This document shows, in pieces, positions 36,201-48,642 of a stretch of DNA of 64,000 nucleotides (positions within the stretch are counted from its first letter, which is position 1; the number at the start of each line of letters is the position of its first letter). The notes under the pieces were generated by a model. The model had not been told where the DNA came from, ran no database searches, and worked only from the letters and a program-made list of their open reading frames with translations. The stretch spans positions 15,624,001 to 15,688,000 of the forward strand of contig JAQFVV010000008.1 of assembly GCA_028023455.1 (NCBI GenBank). The letters are read 5' to 3'. A program made the position numbers and the translations under genes. The DNA comes from Epiperipatus broadwayi. Lineage: Eukaryota > Animalia > Onychophora.

Positions 36201-39200
36201 GTTTGTGTTGGGTATAATGAACATCAAAACATATTAACAATTACTAAAAATTTTCACATTGCTTGCAACGATTTTCTCTAATTATACAACTTTCTATGAT
36301 AAAATTTGACATAATTACCTCTTTCTCATTTGGTTTGAGAATTAGCATGTTGACCATCATCTAATTACTGAATTAACATGAGACCAACAAATTGCCGAAT
36401 AATGCTGAATTGTAATGGCATTTTCTTTACATATTTGACTCAGCACAGTAATATAAGAACATCTCATTTCTCTCATTGGGAGCTTGATGATTTTGACTGC
36501 ATCCATTAAATATGGAGAAAAATTGACTGTTCCAGTTTAACACATAAAGATGGTAATTGAGTAAAGGTTAAAATTTTGTTCATAAAGATCAAAACAAATA
36601 AAATCCCTTGTGAGGTCATTATTATACAAATATTTTAAAATTTAAAAATAAAAGATAAAATCATTGCTAAGTTTACATCCTTCCTTATTCAAACTTAATA
36701 ATTTTACAACTATTAATTTTAAATATTTAACACTATTACCACATGTAATATTATCTTTTAAACTGTATTTATATATAATTTTTTTGAAAATTAAGGATTT
36801 GTAATATGTTGATGCACAATTAAGGGAATTGTTTCAATTTTTAATTTAAATTAATCATAAAAATTATTCAAACAATTTTTAAAATGTACATCATATCATT
36901 AGACAATTTATTAAAATCTACTTTATAATTCTCAATAAGCTTTGTCAGTAGTGATAATTACCCATTTTGATTTACATAAAAATCTGCATGCAGATATATC
37001 ATTTTACATAAATCATATGAAATCCAGTATTCCACTAATATCTGTCAGCTAATAATAAAAAATCATTTATATTGAGTTATAAAACCTAAGAATTATAACC
37101 ACACCATAATAATATATAGCACCAATAAAATTTCTCACTACAAGTTTTAAACTAGTCCATAGTTTGAAAGTTATCTGTATTATTTCAATTGCCCATAGAA
37201 TCTATCTGTCAATTTAAAATTTATAATTAGTACTAGTTATATATTGATGTTTTTCTGAGGCTTGTGATGATCACATTTTTAGTTATATGTTAAATTATTT
37301 TCAACATATAGTTGAAATAATTTTAGAAAAATTCAAAATGAATTATACTTTACTTTTTTCTCAAATGTTGAACATTAAATTTAAGATAATGTTCTAACCA
37401 ACTTTAAGTTAAAGATAATTTGTCTTTCTTGTAAAAGTTTTTTTGGGGTTTAAATTATTGTAAAGGAATAACTCATTTAGATTAAATAAGTTATTATTTA
37501 AAAGAATCATAAGAAAATAATAATATTATATGAAATTAGATATACGATTTATCAATATGTAAAATTTTGGGTTTATTGCATTATTGTCTAAATTTTTTAT
37601 TTGTAAGTTAACTTTATTAAATAAATGTTTTTAAAAAATAAATATTTATTTATATCTTTATTCTTCTAACTATCCATTCTGAGAATTAACATTGTAACTA
37701 ATTTCATCAGAGAATTGTGCTTTAAGAAATTTGTAGGTTATCTCAGTGAAAAGATATAGTGGTAGAAAATGAATTAATCATGTTTGTTTTCTGTTCTTCA
37801 CAATCCTTAAGTTCATTGTGATCCCAAAAACTAGTATGAATGATAATGGTGTCTGAAATATATGAGTGAATGTCAGTGTGGATATCTAAATGATTCTCTG
37901 TAGAATTATTTGGATGATACTAAGGTTATAAAATTACCTTTAAAGTCCACATACTTTATTTTATATATTTGATAAATAGTTTATTTTTTGCCAGTAAACT
38001 CATAGTACTTAATGGACAAAAGCATTGATATAATTGTACCAGTATTTTTTATGTTTATTATGTTATTACAATTTGAGCAATTAAGTATTTGCATGTAGAT
38101 AAAATATTATTGCTTTTATAATATGCTGTAAATTGAACACAGCCTAGATGATTAGCGTTATATTATACAGTGTACCTCTTTTAAATACCATTACAAAGGA
38201 TGATTGTTAACTCTTGATAATTATAGCTGGTAATGTTGCATTTATAACTTATATATTGTTTATTATTTACTTTCAATGAGGATTTTTGCTCATCCTCTTA
38301 ATTGTGATGTTTTGAGACTGATAATTTCCATCACCTCGATATATCTTTTATTTCATATTGTTACAAATTGCATAACGAATGTTGACATGAAGAATATATC
38401 ATCCCTTCTAAATTCCATATCCGCACTGTTACAAATGGCAAGTCAAGGTGTGAGTGAAATATCACTTTCTCCGTCTTATGTTCATATTGTTAAAATATTT
38501 GGCAAAATAAAAATATATACAAAAAAGATAGTTTTTTTAAAAATATGCCATGAATATGATATAGTAAAAATATAATGAAAGCATGCTAGGCAGTAATAAA
38601 GCTAAATATTATTTTTAAAAAACTACTTTTCTGTGCATATTTTCATTTTACCAGATATTACGTTTGCTCAGAAAAGAAAATTAGTAACAATTGAATATTT
38701 TAAAATTGTAACATAGATATCTACATGCTGTACTAACATAACATATATGCAACATTAAAGTATAACCAATTTATGTAATAAATTTTTACAAAGCTATATC
38801 TTATATTATAAATAAGAATTATTAAGTATCCTCTATTAGCTTATTATTTAATTGGATATGACATCATATAATATGCTAAATTGAAGTAGTTATAATTCAC
38901 AATATAAAATTTAGTCATTATATAATATATATTTTAGTTAAATAATTATATTGATTGAAGGAGTTAAATGCTCTTACTTACATTGTTAAAGTATATAACA
39001 TATTATAAGGGAAATGCTATTATCCATAGATTTCCATATCAATGCAAAGATATGGAGCTATATGTCAGGAATGCAAAGAATCTTATTTATATTTCACTAA
39101 AAATTAAAATGAGCCTTTTATTGGGTTTGAAAATGATTTTAGGAAAATGTAACAAATTTTAACATCAATGTTCATTAATAAAAAGAAGAAAAAATAAATT

Positions 39201-40541
39201 TAAAATTAATTGAAGTATTTTATATTTTGTTATTAAAAAAAAATACAGTTAATGATTGTAAATATATATATATACAGTTACTTGTATTCTTAGTGTATTT
39301 CCTCTTCATGTAATATGATTCCTATAAAAAAAAAAATGGAGAAATTTATCAAAAAAAGAATTCAATTTTTTTTTAATGATATTATAACAGTATTCATCTC
39401 ATCTAAGGACTTTGCCACTGATATATAAATAGTTTGATGAAGTATAAATTTGTAATAGAATGAATAATGAATTGTATTATTTTTTCCTAATCATAAAAAT
39501 AAGAAGTCTAACAAATGATATGTTTTAATTAGTACAGGTAGAATATTATTAATATGTCCTGTTCAAAAACTATTATTAACTGGACAAAATCAAAAGTGTT
39601 TTGACTTTTTACAACTGTTAAATTTTATTATTACTTTTTTTTTTTAAATGAGAGTTTCCTTAGCAATATACCTTGAAATATGTACATAATACAGTAAACT
39701 TTTTACAACTACCAAATTTTATTATTATATATTTTTTTGAAATGGCAGTTTCCTTAATAACACACATAATGAAAAAAATGTACATTCTGCAAAATTAATG
39801 TGTAATTGTCATGAGTGCATGTTTATATCTTATTTTTGAACAAGTTTTATTTTTTTAAAAAAGTTTTACTGCAGTATGTAGCAAAATGAGAATCTTTTTA
39901 AAAAACAGAGAACGAATTGGGGAAAAATTACACTAAATCAGTTGATACGAAATTTATAATAATTTTAAAAGAAAAATGTCTATGAAAAAATGAAAAGACA
40001 ACTATATATGATATATTTTAAGTTTTTATTTATTGTTGTAAATATATAAAAATAAATAAGCAAAATCTATGTATATTCAATATATATTAAAACTAATTGT
40101 TTATAATAGTAGTTTAAGTTTTTAGAAGTATGTGGATCTCTTTGTTTAAAATGAGGGCAAGTTAAAATAATTACTGCTGAATTATTATTAATCTAGTAAA
40201 ATATGAGAAGATTCAACAATCATGTATCTGTAAGTCGAAAATAAATTTAACTGGAGAAGTAAGATTATTAATGATAATAAGTTTTACAAATCAATTTTAA
40301 GATTGATAAATTTGTAATAAAAAAAATCTTTTTGTATGTGTTTTCATTCCAAATATATATATAAAACATAAATACATATTCATTTTATATTTTCATTTCT
40401 ATATTAATATTTATTGTCTTTGATTAGAAAATAATTTTAACATTATTTACAATAATCTTAAAAGAAAATTATACAGTTTTTCTTTAAAAACTATCAAAAT
40501 TTGTGTTTTTAATAAAAATTTCAGATGTTTTTATGTTGTCA

Positions 40542-40795
40542 TCAATTATAAGTTATCAAGTATTCTGGATAAGCAGCAGAATCATGAAATACAACAAATA
40601 TTGATGGATTAGTAATTTTATCTACTAAACTGTCATATGGATTAGGAACAGTTTTCATACTAGAGTTTCCTGCAGTTATTTGACCAGTCAGAACTTTACA
40701 CTGATACATATTTCGTTTACCATAATCATTTCTTGCATAAGAATGAGAATAACTGGCATCTCGAGCAAAATAAGAACCAATTCCATACGCAGTTC
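40542..40795 (-). CDS. PARP mono-ADP-ribosyltransferase, terminal coding exon
   Basis: Acceptor TTTTTAG|GA, phase 1; encodes (G)TAYGIGSYFARDASYSHSY...MYQCKVLTG...YDSLVD...NPSIFVVFHDSAAYPEYLITYN-stop (TGA 40542-40544). Confidence 0.95.
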
Positions 40796-41895
40796 CTAAA
40801 AATCAAACATTAATGAAAATAAAAGCAAGAATTTATAATAATCAATTAATAACAATAATTTATAAATAGCATATACTAATATAATTTTCCTTCATAAATT
40901 TACTACATACATCTATCCATATGCCCCTACATCAATCAATAAAGATAATAAAAATTAAAAAAAAAAATCATAAGCGTATGTGAAAATGTAATGTTCATTC
41001 ATTTTGACATACATTCTTATATCTGCATTGTAAGAAGTCTTAAATAGTCCACTGCACAGCAATGATATCCAAAATAAGTAAAATATTATTTGAATTTTCA
41101 GTAAGATTATTAATAATCCTGGTATAATTTCTTCTTTGGATTTACATACTTACTTCATGAACCTAGATAATGCTCAATTCTTAATTCTCTTTTCAATAAA
41201 CAATTTAGCATGTTAGAATGGCAAAAGACTATCATTTCAGGAATTCATTTTGCAGATTCTTCCAGTAAGGGACTTCTTTCATGTATGCAACAACATAGCA
41301 TGAGGCTGATAATTAGCTCTTTACAGGAGGCTCAAGTCAATCATCTAGAAGCCATATCTTTTTCAATAAGGGATTCCAGAGTGAATACATAAGAAAGTAT
41401 TTTTCCAAGACTAATTTATTGCCTTATCATCATGAGGATCACTGTACAGTATTAGAATCAGTCAGTAATCTTATGCTTTCTGTTGTAGGATTCTGCTTTA
41501 GTTCTAGCTTCATTTCAATCACTTAGTTTGATCTCAATACTCAGTAAAGCCTAATAACTATTACCCAGCTTTTCAACAATTGTTTTCTAACTTGAAGATT
41601 ATTTTCCTTATTTTTTTAATCAAAAAACATGCTTTCCATATTTCATACTTTAGTTTTTCATCTGCTTGGAATGTTGTTGATAAATCTATTAATGTTTTTT
41701 ATTAACTAAATTAATTACATCATTTAAATATGTAAATTGTTTACAAAAATTTTTTTTTATTCATGCCTAACCATATGTTAAATAAAAAAATATATTATAA
41801 ACTTCTATAATTTTAACATACTTTTTAATGCTTTTGCAAAATAACTTTTCAATCTATATATTTAAAAATATATAATTACCAAACAAATTTTATTT

Positions 41896-42214
41896 TAAAA
41901 CAGACAAAACTCTCCATACAGTAGTGCCACTCAATGCCAACCAGAGTAATCAATGGATGCCAGAAGGCTTATGCTTAAAATCCCCATCTAGTGCCTACTC
42001 ATCCAATATTCCCAGACTAGTTTCTGGCTTGTGGCCTTCATCAGTACTAGTCTGGGAATATTGGATGAGTAGGCACTAGATGGGGATTTTATGCATAAAC
42101 CTTCAGGCGTCCATTGATTACTCTGGTGGGCACTACTGTATGGAAAGTTTTGCCTGTTTTAATAACAGTTATGTGCTATTATAAGAAATAGTGATCATGT
42201 GATGTTTAGTGGTT
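41896..42214. mobile_element. Family-A fold-back element: ~120-bp arms (41896-42021 / 42046-42161), loop = hammerhead core, plus a 3' segment shared with the 56331 insertion
   Basis: CCCCATCTAGTGCCTACTCATCCAATATTCCCAGACTAGT mirrored by ACTAGTCTGGGAATATTGGATGAGTAGGCACTAGATGGGG; the loop read on the minus strand is ACTGATGAAGGCCACAAGCCAGAA. Confidence 0.85.
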
Positions 42215-42374
42215 TAAATTTTATTTTATATAATAAACTTCTTATTACACCCAAATAATACATCATCCACTCTGTAATCAAATTGTTATGTTTTGGTCCA
42301 GCAGTATTTGGCATTACTCAAAAAAAAACAAAAAGTAGATATCTAATTCCTTGTTTTTGTCTCTTTTAAAATCT

Positions 42375-45300
42375 TGTGTTTGTAAAAATACCTACATTGA
42401 AATTCAATAAGTCTCTTGGACTCCAGAAAAAGCAAAGAAAATATATTAGAGAAATATATTTTTAAATCGCTAACTAATAAGGGTTTAATTAATGATTACA
42501 TTTGCATAGAATGTAACAATGGAAAATATTTATATAATTTGTGATAAGAAAATTGCACCTGGTAAATGCCAAGTAATATTTGCTAATTACAAATATTTCT
42601 TGATACAATAGAAATTGAACCTACTAATTAAAAATGCAAAGATGAAAACAAGACTGTTAACAATCAAGGATGAATCCTGGATTGCCGGAGGTCAAACTGG
42701 GGATATAAATAGTTTGTGCAGCAAAGTGCATTGTTCTCATAATGAATTGTTGAAGGGAGATTTTAATGGACAAAGCTTAAGTGATGGTGCAGTGCTCTAA
42801 TACGAAGCCAACGTGATCATGAGCAGTAGCTGAACAGAGTCAAAGTATTTTGAAAACTGAGACTGGAGGAAACTGTCCAGAAAACAACCACAGTGTTAAG
42901 GGCATCATAGGATGTGAATCTTAAGTGAACTATATATATATATACTATGTTGTGCGTATCAATAACTTTTCACTATTAACTACATTTTACCATTTATTGT
43001 TTTATTTATCATATTATTTATTGATTCATTTGTTGGTATTCTAAGTGCTTGTATTTGAATACATAACAAGTGAATAGTGAATAAGTTTTAAAAAGTTAAC
43101 CACAGGGATAGAGAAAATGTCGCTAGGTCAGTCAGTAATAACGGAATTCAACTTGAGTAATGTAAGTCATTGGCTGTGGTATGCCATGCAGTTGGAATTT
43201 TTTTTTTTTTATTAAATGGAATTAAAGATAACAAGAGAAAGATAGCCACTTTAATGTGTATGTTGGGATTAAAAGTCATTGACATTATAAATAAGTATTT
43301 TGACATAGCCATAGCAGAAAGAACGAATAGCGTATGAAGAAATAATCAACAAGCTGAACGAACATTTTAAACCCAGACTATCAAGACACAGTGCCTGATT
43401 ATCATTAAGAAACAGGAGGCAATGGAAAGGTGAATTGATAGAACAGTATGGAATCACATTAAGAGAACTGGCTAAAGATTGTGGATATGGCGATTATGTA
43501 GACGAAATTCTGTTAGACTAATTAATCTGGGGCATGTCGGAGGACAGACTCTGACAAAACCTTCTTGCCAATGCAGAATTAAATTTCAAAGAAGTCATTA
43601 AAAAGGGAGTGGCCCACGAACTCATCATGTAACAGGTGGTGCTGTTTAGTAACGAAAATTACAGTAAAACAAAAACAGTTTATAAGACTGAGTGTGAAAC
43701 AAATTAAAAATAGTTTCTTTGCACACAAAGGTTAAAAAAAAAATTAAGAGTTTTTGCTGTGGAAAACCAGGACACATCAAAAAAGACTATACATTTAAAG
43801 ACGAATGATGCAAAATCTGTAAGCAGAAACATCACCTAGCACGAATGTGTAGAAAATCACAGAAAGTGAATCAAGCAAGACAATCTAACAGAGGCACAAA
43901 TGATAGCATTTACAACACTAACTATGCATCAACCAAGGGGCAGAGAAAATTTACATTGCAGCTACAACCTGATAACAAAAAAAAAGACATGGAAATTCAC
44001 AGTGGGTCAGGAATATCAATAATCTCGGAGAAACTGTGGAAATATATTAGAGGATGTTGAAATGCATAAAACATCAATCAGGGTGGTAAATGTAAGCAGC
44101 AACATAGTAAAATTAGTAGGCTCCGACATAGTACTGATAAAATACTACAATAAAACGATGAGTTTACCAATATACATAGTAAAAAAAAATATCAGTCAGT
44201 TAATAGGACACAACTAGTTCAAGCACATAGGTATAAGCATTAGTGTTAGGAATAGGACCAATTTGCAAGGATGACACTTCAAACACAAGATCAGAAAACC
44301 GCGACAAATAAATATGAATAAATTGCAAACTGAAAATAAGGATTTAAAAGAAAGAGTGAATAGTTTTCAGTTCCAGTTACAATGACAATGAAGTGACCGG
44401 TAACATGGAAGATAATGAAATGAGTGCATCATTGCAGGGTCGGAATCAATGGTGAAGTTACTAGAAAAGAAGTTAGAGGACTTAGAATCCAAAAATGGTG
44501 AATTATGTAATGAATTGGAGCAGAAATTGCTAGAAAATCAGGATTTACAGCAGAATAATAATCAGCTGCTTAAAGAAGCAGAATAGTAGAATGAAAAAGT
44601 AAAAGAATTATCAGAACAGGTAGCGTTTTGGCAGCAGTATGAAATGGAACTACAAGAAAAGATGTCTGAAAGTGAAAATTAAATGGATACTTTTAAAGAC
44701 CTTTTAGAAGAAGAGCAAACTTTAGACAGTGAATTGCCAGACACACAAACTGAAGAACAAGGAAAAACCCAGAGTTTCTCCAATTGGGAGAAAAAAGCAC
44801 CCAAGCTGGTAAAGGAAAATAAGAGTCTAAATAATTTTCAAGGTTACATTTATTAATCTGAACAAGGGTTTTTTTCTGGAGTGGGGGAGGTATTGTGTTT
44901 GTAAAAATATGTACATTGAAATTCAATAAGCTTTTGGACTTAATGAAAATATATTAGAGAAATATATTTTTAGATCACTAACTGATGAGAGTTTAATTAA
45001 TAGATTAAATTTGCATAGACTAACAATGGAAAATATTTATGTAATTTGTGATAAGAAAATTGTGTTTGGTAAATGCCAGAAAATATTTACTAATTACAAA
45101 TATCTCTTGATACAATAGATGTTAAACCTACTAATTAAAAACGCAAAGATGAAAACAAAACTGATAACAATCATGTATGAATCCTGGATTGCTGGAGGCC
45201 AAGTTGGGGTATAAATAGTTTGTGCAGCAAAGTGCGTTGTTTTCATTCCAATGGATTTACCAAGTGAACTGTTGGTGGGAGATTTTAATGGACAGTAGCT

Positions 45301-45587
45301 GAAAGAGGCTTAAGGGAAAGTGCAGCATTCTAGTGCTAAGCCAACATGATCATGAATAGCAGCTGACCGAACCAAAGTATTTTAGAAACTGAGGTCAGAG
45401 AAAACTGCCAAGAAAATAGTTAGAAAGTTAAGTACATCGTGGGAAGTGAACTATATATATATATTGTGTTGTGTGTATCAATAACTTTTTCCTATTAATT
45501 ACATTTTACCACTTACTGTTTTATTTGTCATATTATTTATTGATTCATTTGTTAGTATTCTGAGTACTTGCATTTGAATGCACAACA
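42375..45587 (+). mobile_element. Old internally deleted Mag-type LTR element (element 2): LTR 42375-43068, decayed gag, protease stub, coiled-coil remnant, PPT, LTR 44894-45587
   Basis: Direct repeats TGTGTTTGTAAAAAT...ACA, 694 bp each, about 15-20% diverged by eye. Gag starts at ATG 43117 (MSLGQSVITEFNLSNVSHW), with two CCHC remnants near 43755-43850. MEIHSGSGISIIS at 43989 (catalytic D to H). PPT GGAGTGGGGGAGG at 44878-44890. No RT, RNase H or integrase core; no TSD recognised. Confidence 0.85.
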
Positions 45588-47437
45588 TTAAAAAAACCAA
45601 CATTTTACAATAATGAATAATTTTAGTAGCCAACACATGCCCATTTCAGGTCATAGTTTTAATAAAAATAATGATTTAATATACAGGTTATTGAAACAGT
45701 TCATATTGTATACTACCTCTTAAACATAAATGGGACCCATACTATAGATTGTTTCTTTAAATTTTAACTCTTTTTAAAAACATACAATATTAATATTGAT
45801 AATTTTTTTTATTTTACTAACCTTGCTGATTTGCCAACCTTATGCTATTTTACTTTTTTTTTTTATACATGGACATTGTGATCTTATTTTTAATTGTGCC
45901 ACAAACTAAACTAATCAACTTCATAAGACAAAATACACCCATTTAAAATTATAACAATACTATCCAAAAATAAGTCAAAAATTAACATCTAATAGTTTCA
46001 CTATTAAAACTTCTTAGATGAAATCAGAAGTTTCTGTATGCGGAAACTATGTGTCTATAAACCTTGTTAATCAAATTAAACATTCTTTCTCTCTAAAATC
46101 CTTGACAATTCTGTAAACTCATCTTACTACTTCCATTTTATTATTAATAAATTATTCTATCAAAAATGATATAGTCCCTTTTCTTCTCCTACTTCATTAA
46201 TAATAATCATTATCTCCAATACTATTGACATAATTTTTCCTGTTTTTTTTTTTTTTTGTTTTAAGATCTTATATTAAAAAAATAAAGGTTCTGTATTATC
46301 ACTCCGATATCCACATCTCAATCCAAATTTTTGAAAATCAGAATGCTAAAGCATCTATAGAAATCTCATTGTACTATAATCAAATTCCAATAAGATGGCT
46401 TGTATTTTGATACTACCTGCCCTTTGACAAGTCATCATTATGTTCTATGAGACTTCAGCAAGTACTCTTGATTAAACACTTACTATATAAGATATCAGGA
46501 GGAAATATTGGTTAGACACTTACTATAAATCATTTCACTGTATGCCAACTGTGGGCCTCTTGCATAGTCTCAGTTAAGGATTCAATAACTCAGAAAATAA
46601 TACATAATTCAAAAGATTGAGACCAATGATATTTTCTAATCCTTACCCTTCTAATAAAAAAGACAACTAAAAAAGAAGAATAAAGACACCAAATGGAAGC
46701 CACTGTCAAAGCATGTCTATAAGCTGATTAGCCACAAGATGATAAGTGCCTAGCAGAGACTATTTTTGCTTTAAGGTGAAATTTCAATAAAAGATCTGCA
46801 GTATTCAAGGTCAAGGTATAAACATATATAATGTATAATGAGTATGTAAATAATAATAATTGTATAAATATAACGAATATGTAAAAGTAATAATAAATGT
46901 ATAAATGTAGAATAAAAGTAATAACTGTAATGTATAATAAATATGTAAAATAACTGTATAGTAATTAAGAATAACGATTGTGTAAAATTACAATGTTATT
47001 AAATCGTAGAAAGTTGTATAATAATAGAAAGCCCAGCTGACCTTATAGGGTCAGAAAACTATGTAAAATACAATATATGGTGAGAAACGTAAAAATACTG
47101 TGTGTATGTGAAAACGTAAGTGAAAACACCATATATGGTTAGGAATGTAAAAGACTCCAGAAGTCTTGAGGGGTATATAAACCCCCATAAACTAAACTAA
47201 TTGTTCTGATGTTCTGAGTATGTTCTGAGTTTTAATTATGAGTCAGAGACTCCTGCCTCTGTAAGTCGAAAGCAGGACTAGGGTATTTTATGCAGGTCAA
47301 CCACGACCTTTTATTATTTTATTACGCCTTATAATAGGCGATGTATATAGTTAAAATTATCCGTATTAAACTATAATCTTGCCATCTCAATTCTGCCTTT
47401 GTCCATTTATTTACCTGCGAGCATAAGACACTGCAAT

Positions 47438-47662
47438 TGGTGCAGTAATGACAGGAATAAAACCTGACAGCATATCGGCGCAGTAACGACAGGAATAGAA
47501 TCACTGCAATTGGTGCAGTCGGCACAGGAATCGAATCAAAGAAAGTGGCAGTTAATACAGGAACGGAACTGCCTTAAAAATTGGCTCGGTCATCAAAGGA
47601 TCGAATCTGCAAATAATTGCCTAAACAGCAAGCTGAGACAAAGCGTAAGTGGATTCGAATCA
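47438..47662 (+). repeat. Tandem array of PBS-like units, ~35-bp period
   Basis: Units start at 47438, 47476, 47511, 47546 and 47582 (weaker at 47618 and 47650), each TGG/CGG...CAGGAAT(C)GAATC-like. Confidence 0.75.
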
Positions 47663-47670
47663 ATAGAGAA

Positions 47671-48642
47671 ATGGCGAGCATATCGCAAGTTTCTATTTGC
47701 GAATTTAATGTACAAAATCCGAGTGACTGGCCACTATATGTTCAGAGGATAAAAAACTACTTTATACTAAATAGTATTACAGAGAATACTGTAAAAGTAG
47801 CCTCATTACTTTGCTTTGCAGGCCTGAGGGTAATCGAAATCGCGAACAATCTATGTGGAAATTTGCCGGAGACACAGAAATATGATGAGCTCGTAACACA
47901 GCTAAATGAATATTTTAATCCCCAGCCATCCAAGTTTATTGCTCGATTGCACTTTAAAAGCAGAAGGCAAAGAAAGAATGAGAAAATAAAAGAATATGAC
48001 ATTGGTTTAAGAGAGATGGCAAGGCCATGCCTTTATGGTAAATATTTAGAAGAAGCCCTTCTAGAACAATTATTATTCGGAATAATTGATGACCAGTTTA
48101 GACAGATCTTACTGGCAATAAAAGATGTAACCTACGAAGAAGCTATCAGACGTGCAACAGCTTATGAATTGCAGCTTGACCAAGCGAGAGAGTTCAGAAG
48201 TTTCACGAAAACAGAACCACTTCAAACCACAATATTTAAAATGTTTGGAGTTAGACCCCAAACCGATAAACAAATTAAATGTTTTCGATGTAGAAAAATC
48301 GATCACAAAGCCCGTGATTGCAGTTTACCAGAAACTGAAAGTTATCGGAAAATAACCAAGTATCCCAAAAGATGGCACCACCATACAAAACCGAACAGAG
48401 AATTTACGTGCGAAGCGATGGAAAATAGCTACATAAAAAGTGCTACTATAGACGAATCTGATCAAATTATGATAAAAAAAAAAAAAATTGACATAGAATC
48501 GCAAGTCAAAAATAATTACCCCAGCTTGTTCAAAAAAGAACCAGGAAAACAAAAAACCTCGCCTGTAGAAATAAAGTTAAGAGACAGAGAAAAACCTTTT
48601 GTAACAAAACCGCGGATCGAAACCACCATCAACAAACCGTAA
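47671..48642 (+). CDS. gag: Intact Gag (capsid + one CCHC) fused in frame to an RT N-terminal stub
   Basis: MASISQVSICEFNVQNPSDWPLYVQRIKNYF...CFRCRKIDHKARDC, then YPSLFKKEPGK...VEIKLRDREKPFVTKPR (pre-RT segment); the ATG at 47671 is preferred to the TTG at 47617. Confidence 0.88.
   Translation: MASISQVSICEFNVQNPSDWPLYVQRIKNYFILNSITENTVKVASLLCFAGLRVIEIANNLCGNLPETQKYDELVTQLNEYFNPQPSKFIARLHFKSRRQRKNEKIKEYDIGLREMARPCLYGKYLEEALLEQLLFGIIDDQFRQILLAIKDVTYEEAIRRATAYELQLDQAREFRSFTKTEPLQTTIFKMFGVRPQTDKQIKCFRCRKIDHKARDCSLPETESYRKITKYPKRWHHHTKPNREFTCEAMENSYIKSATIDESDQIMIKKKKIDIESQVKNNYPSLFKKEPGKQKTSPVEIKLRDREKPFVTKPRIETTINKP

Noticed and set aside
37680-37712. Minus-strand CTGATGA at 37704-37710 followed by a weak stem
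   Set aside because: No GAAA box or NUH site follows; likely chance in AT-rich DNA.
38276-39162. ORFs 38276-38575 and 38968-39162
   Set aside because: No motifs or convincing splice context; compatible with chance ORFs downstream of the PARP stop.
47438-47662. CRISPR interpretation of the ~35-bp periodic array
   Set aside because: No invariant repeat with unique spacers, no cas genes and a eukaryotic context; it sits at the PBS position of an LTR element.
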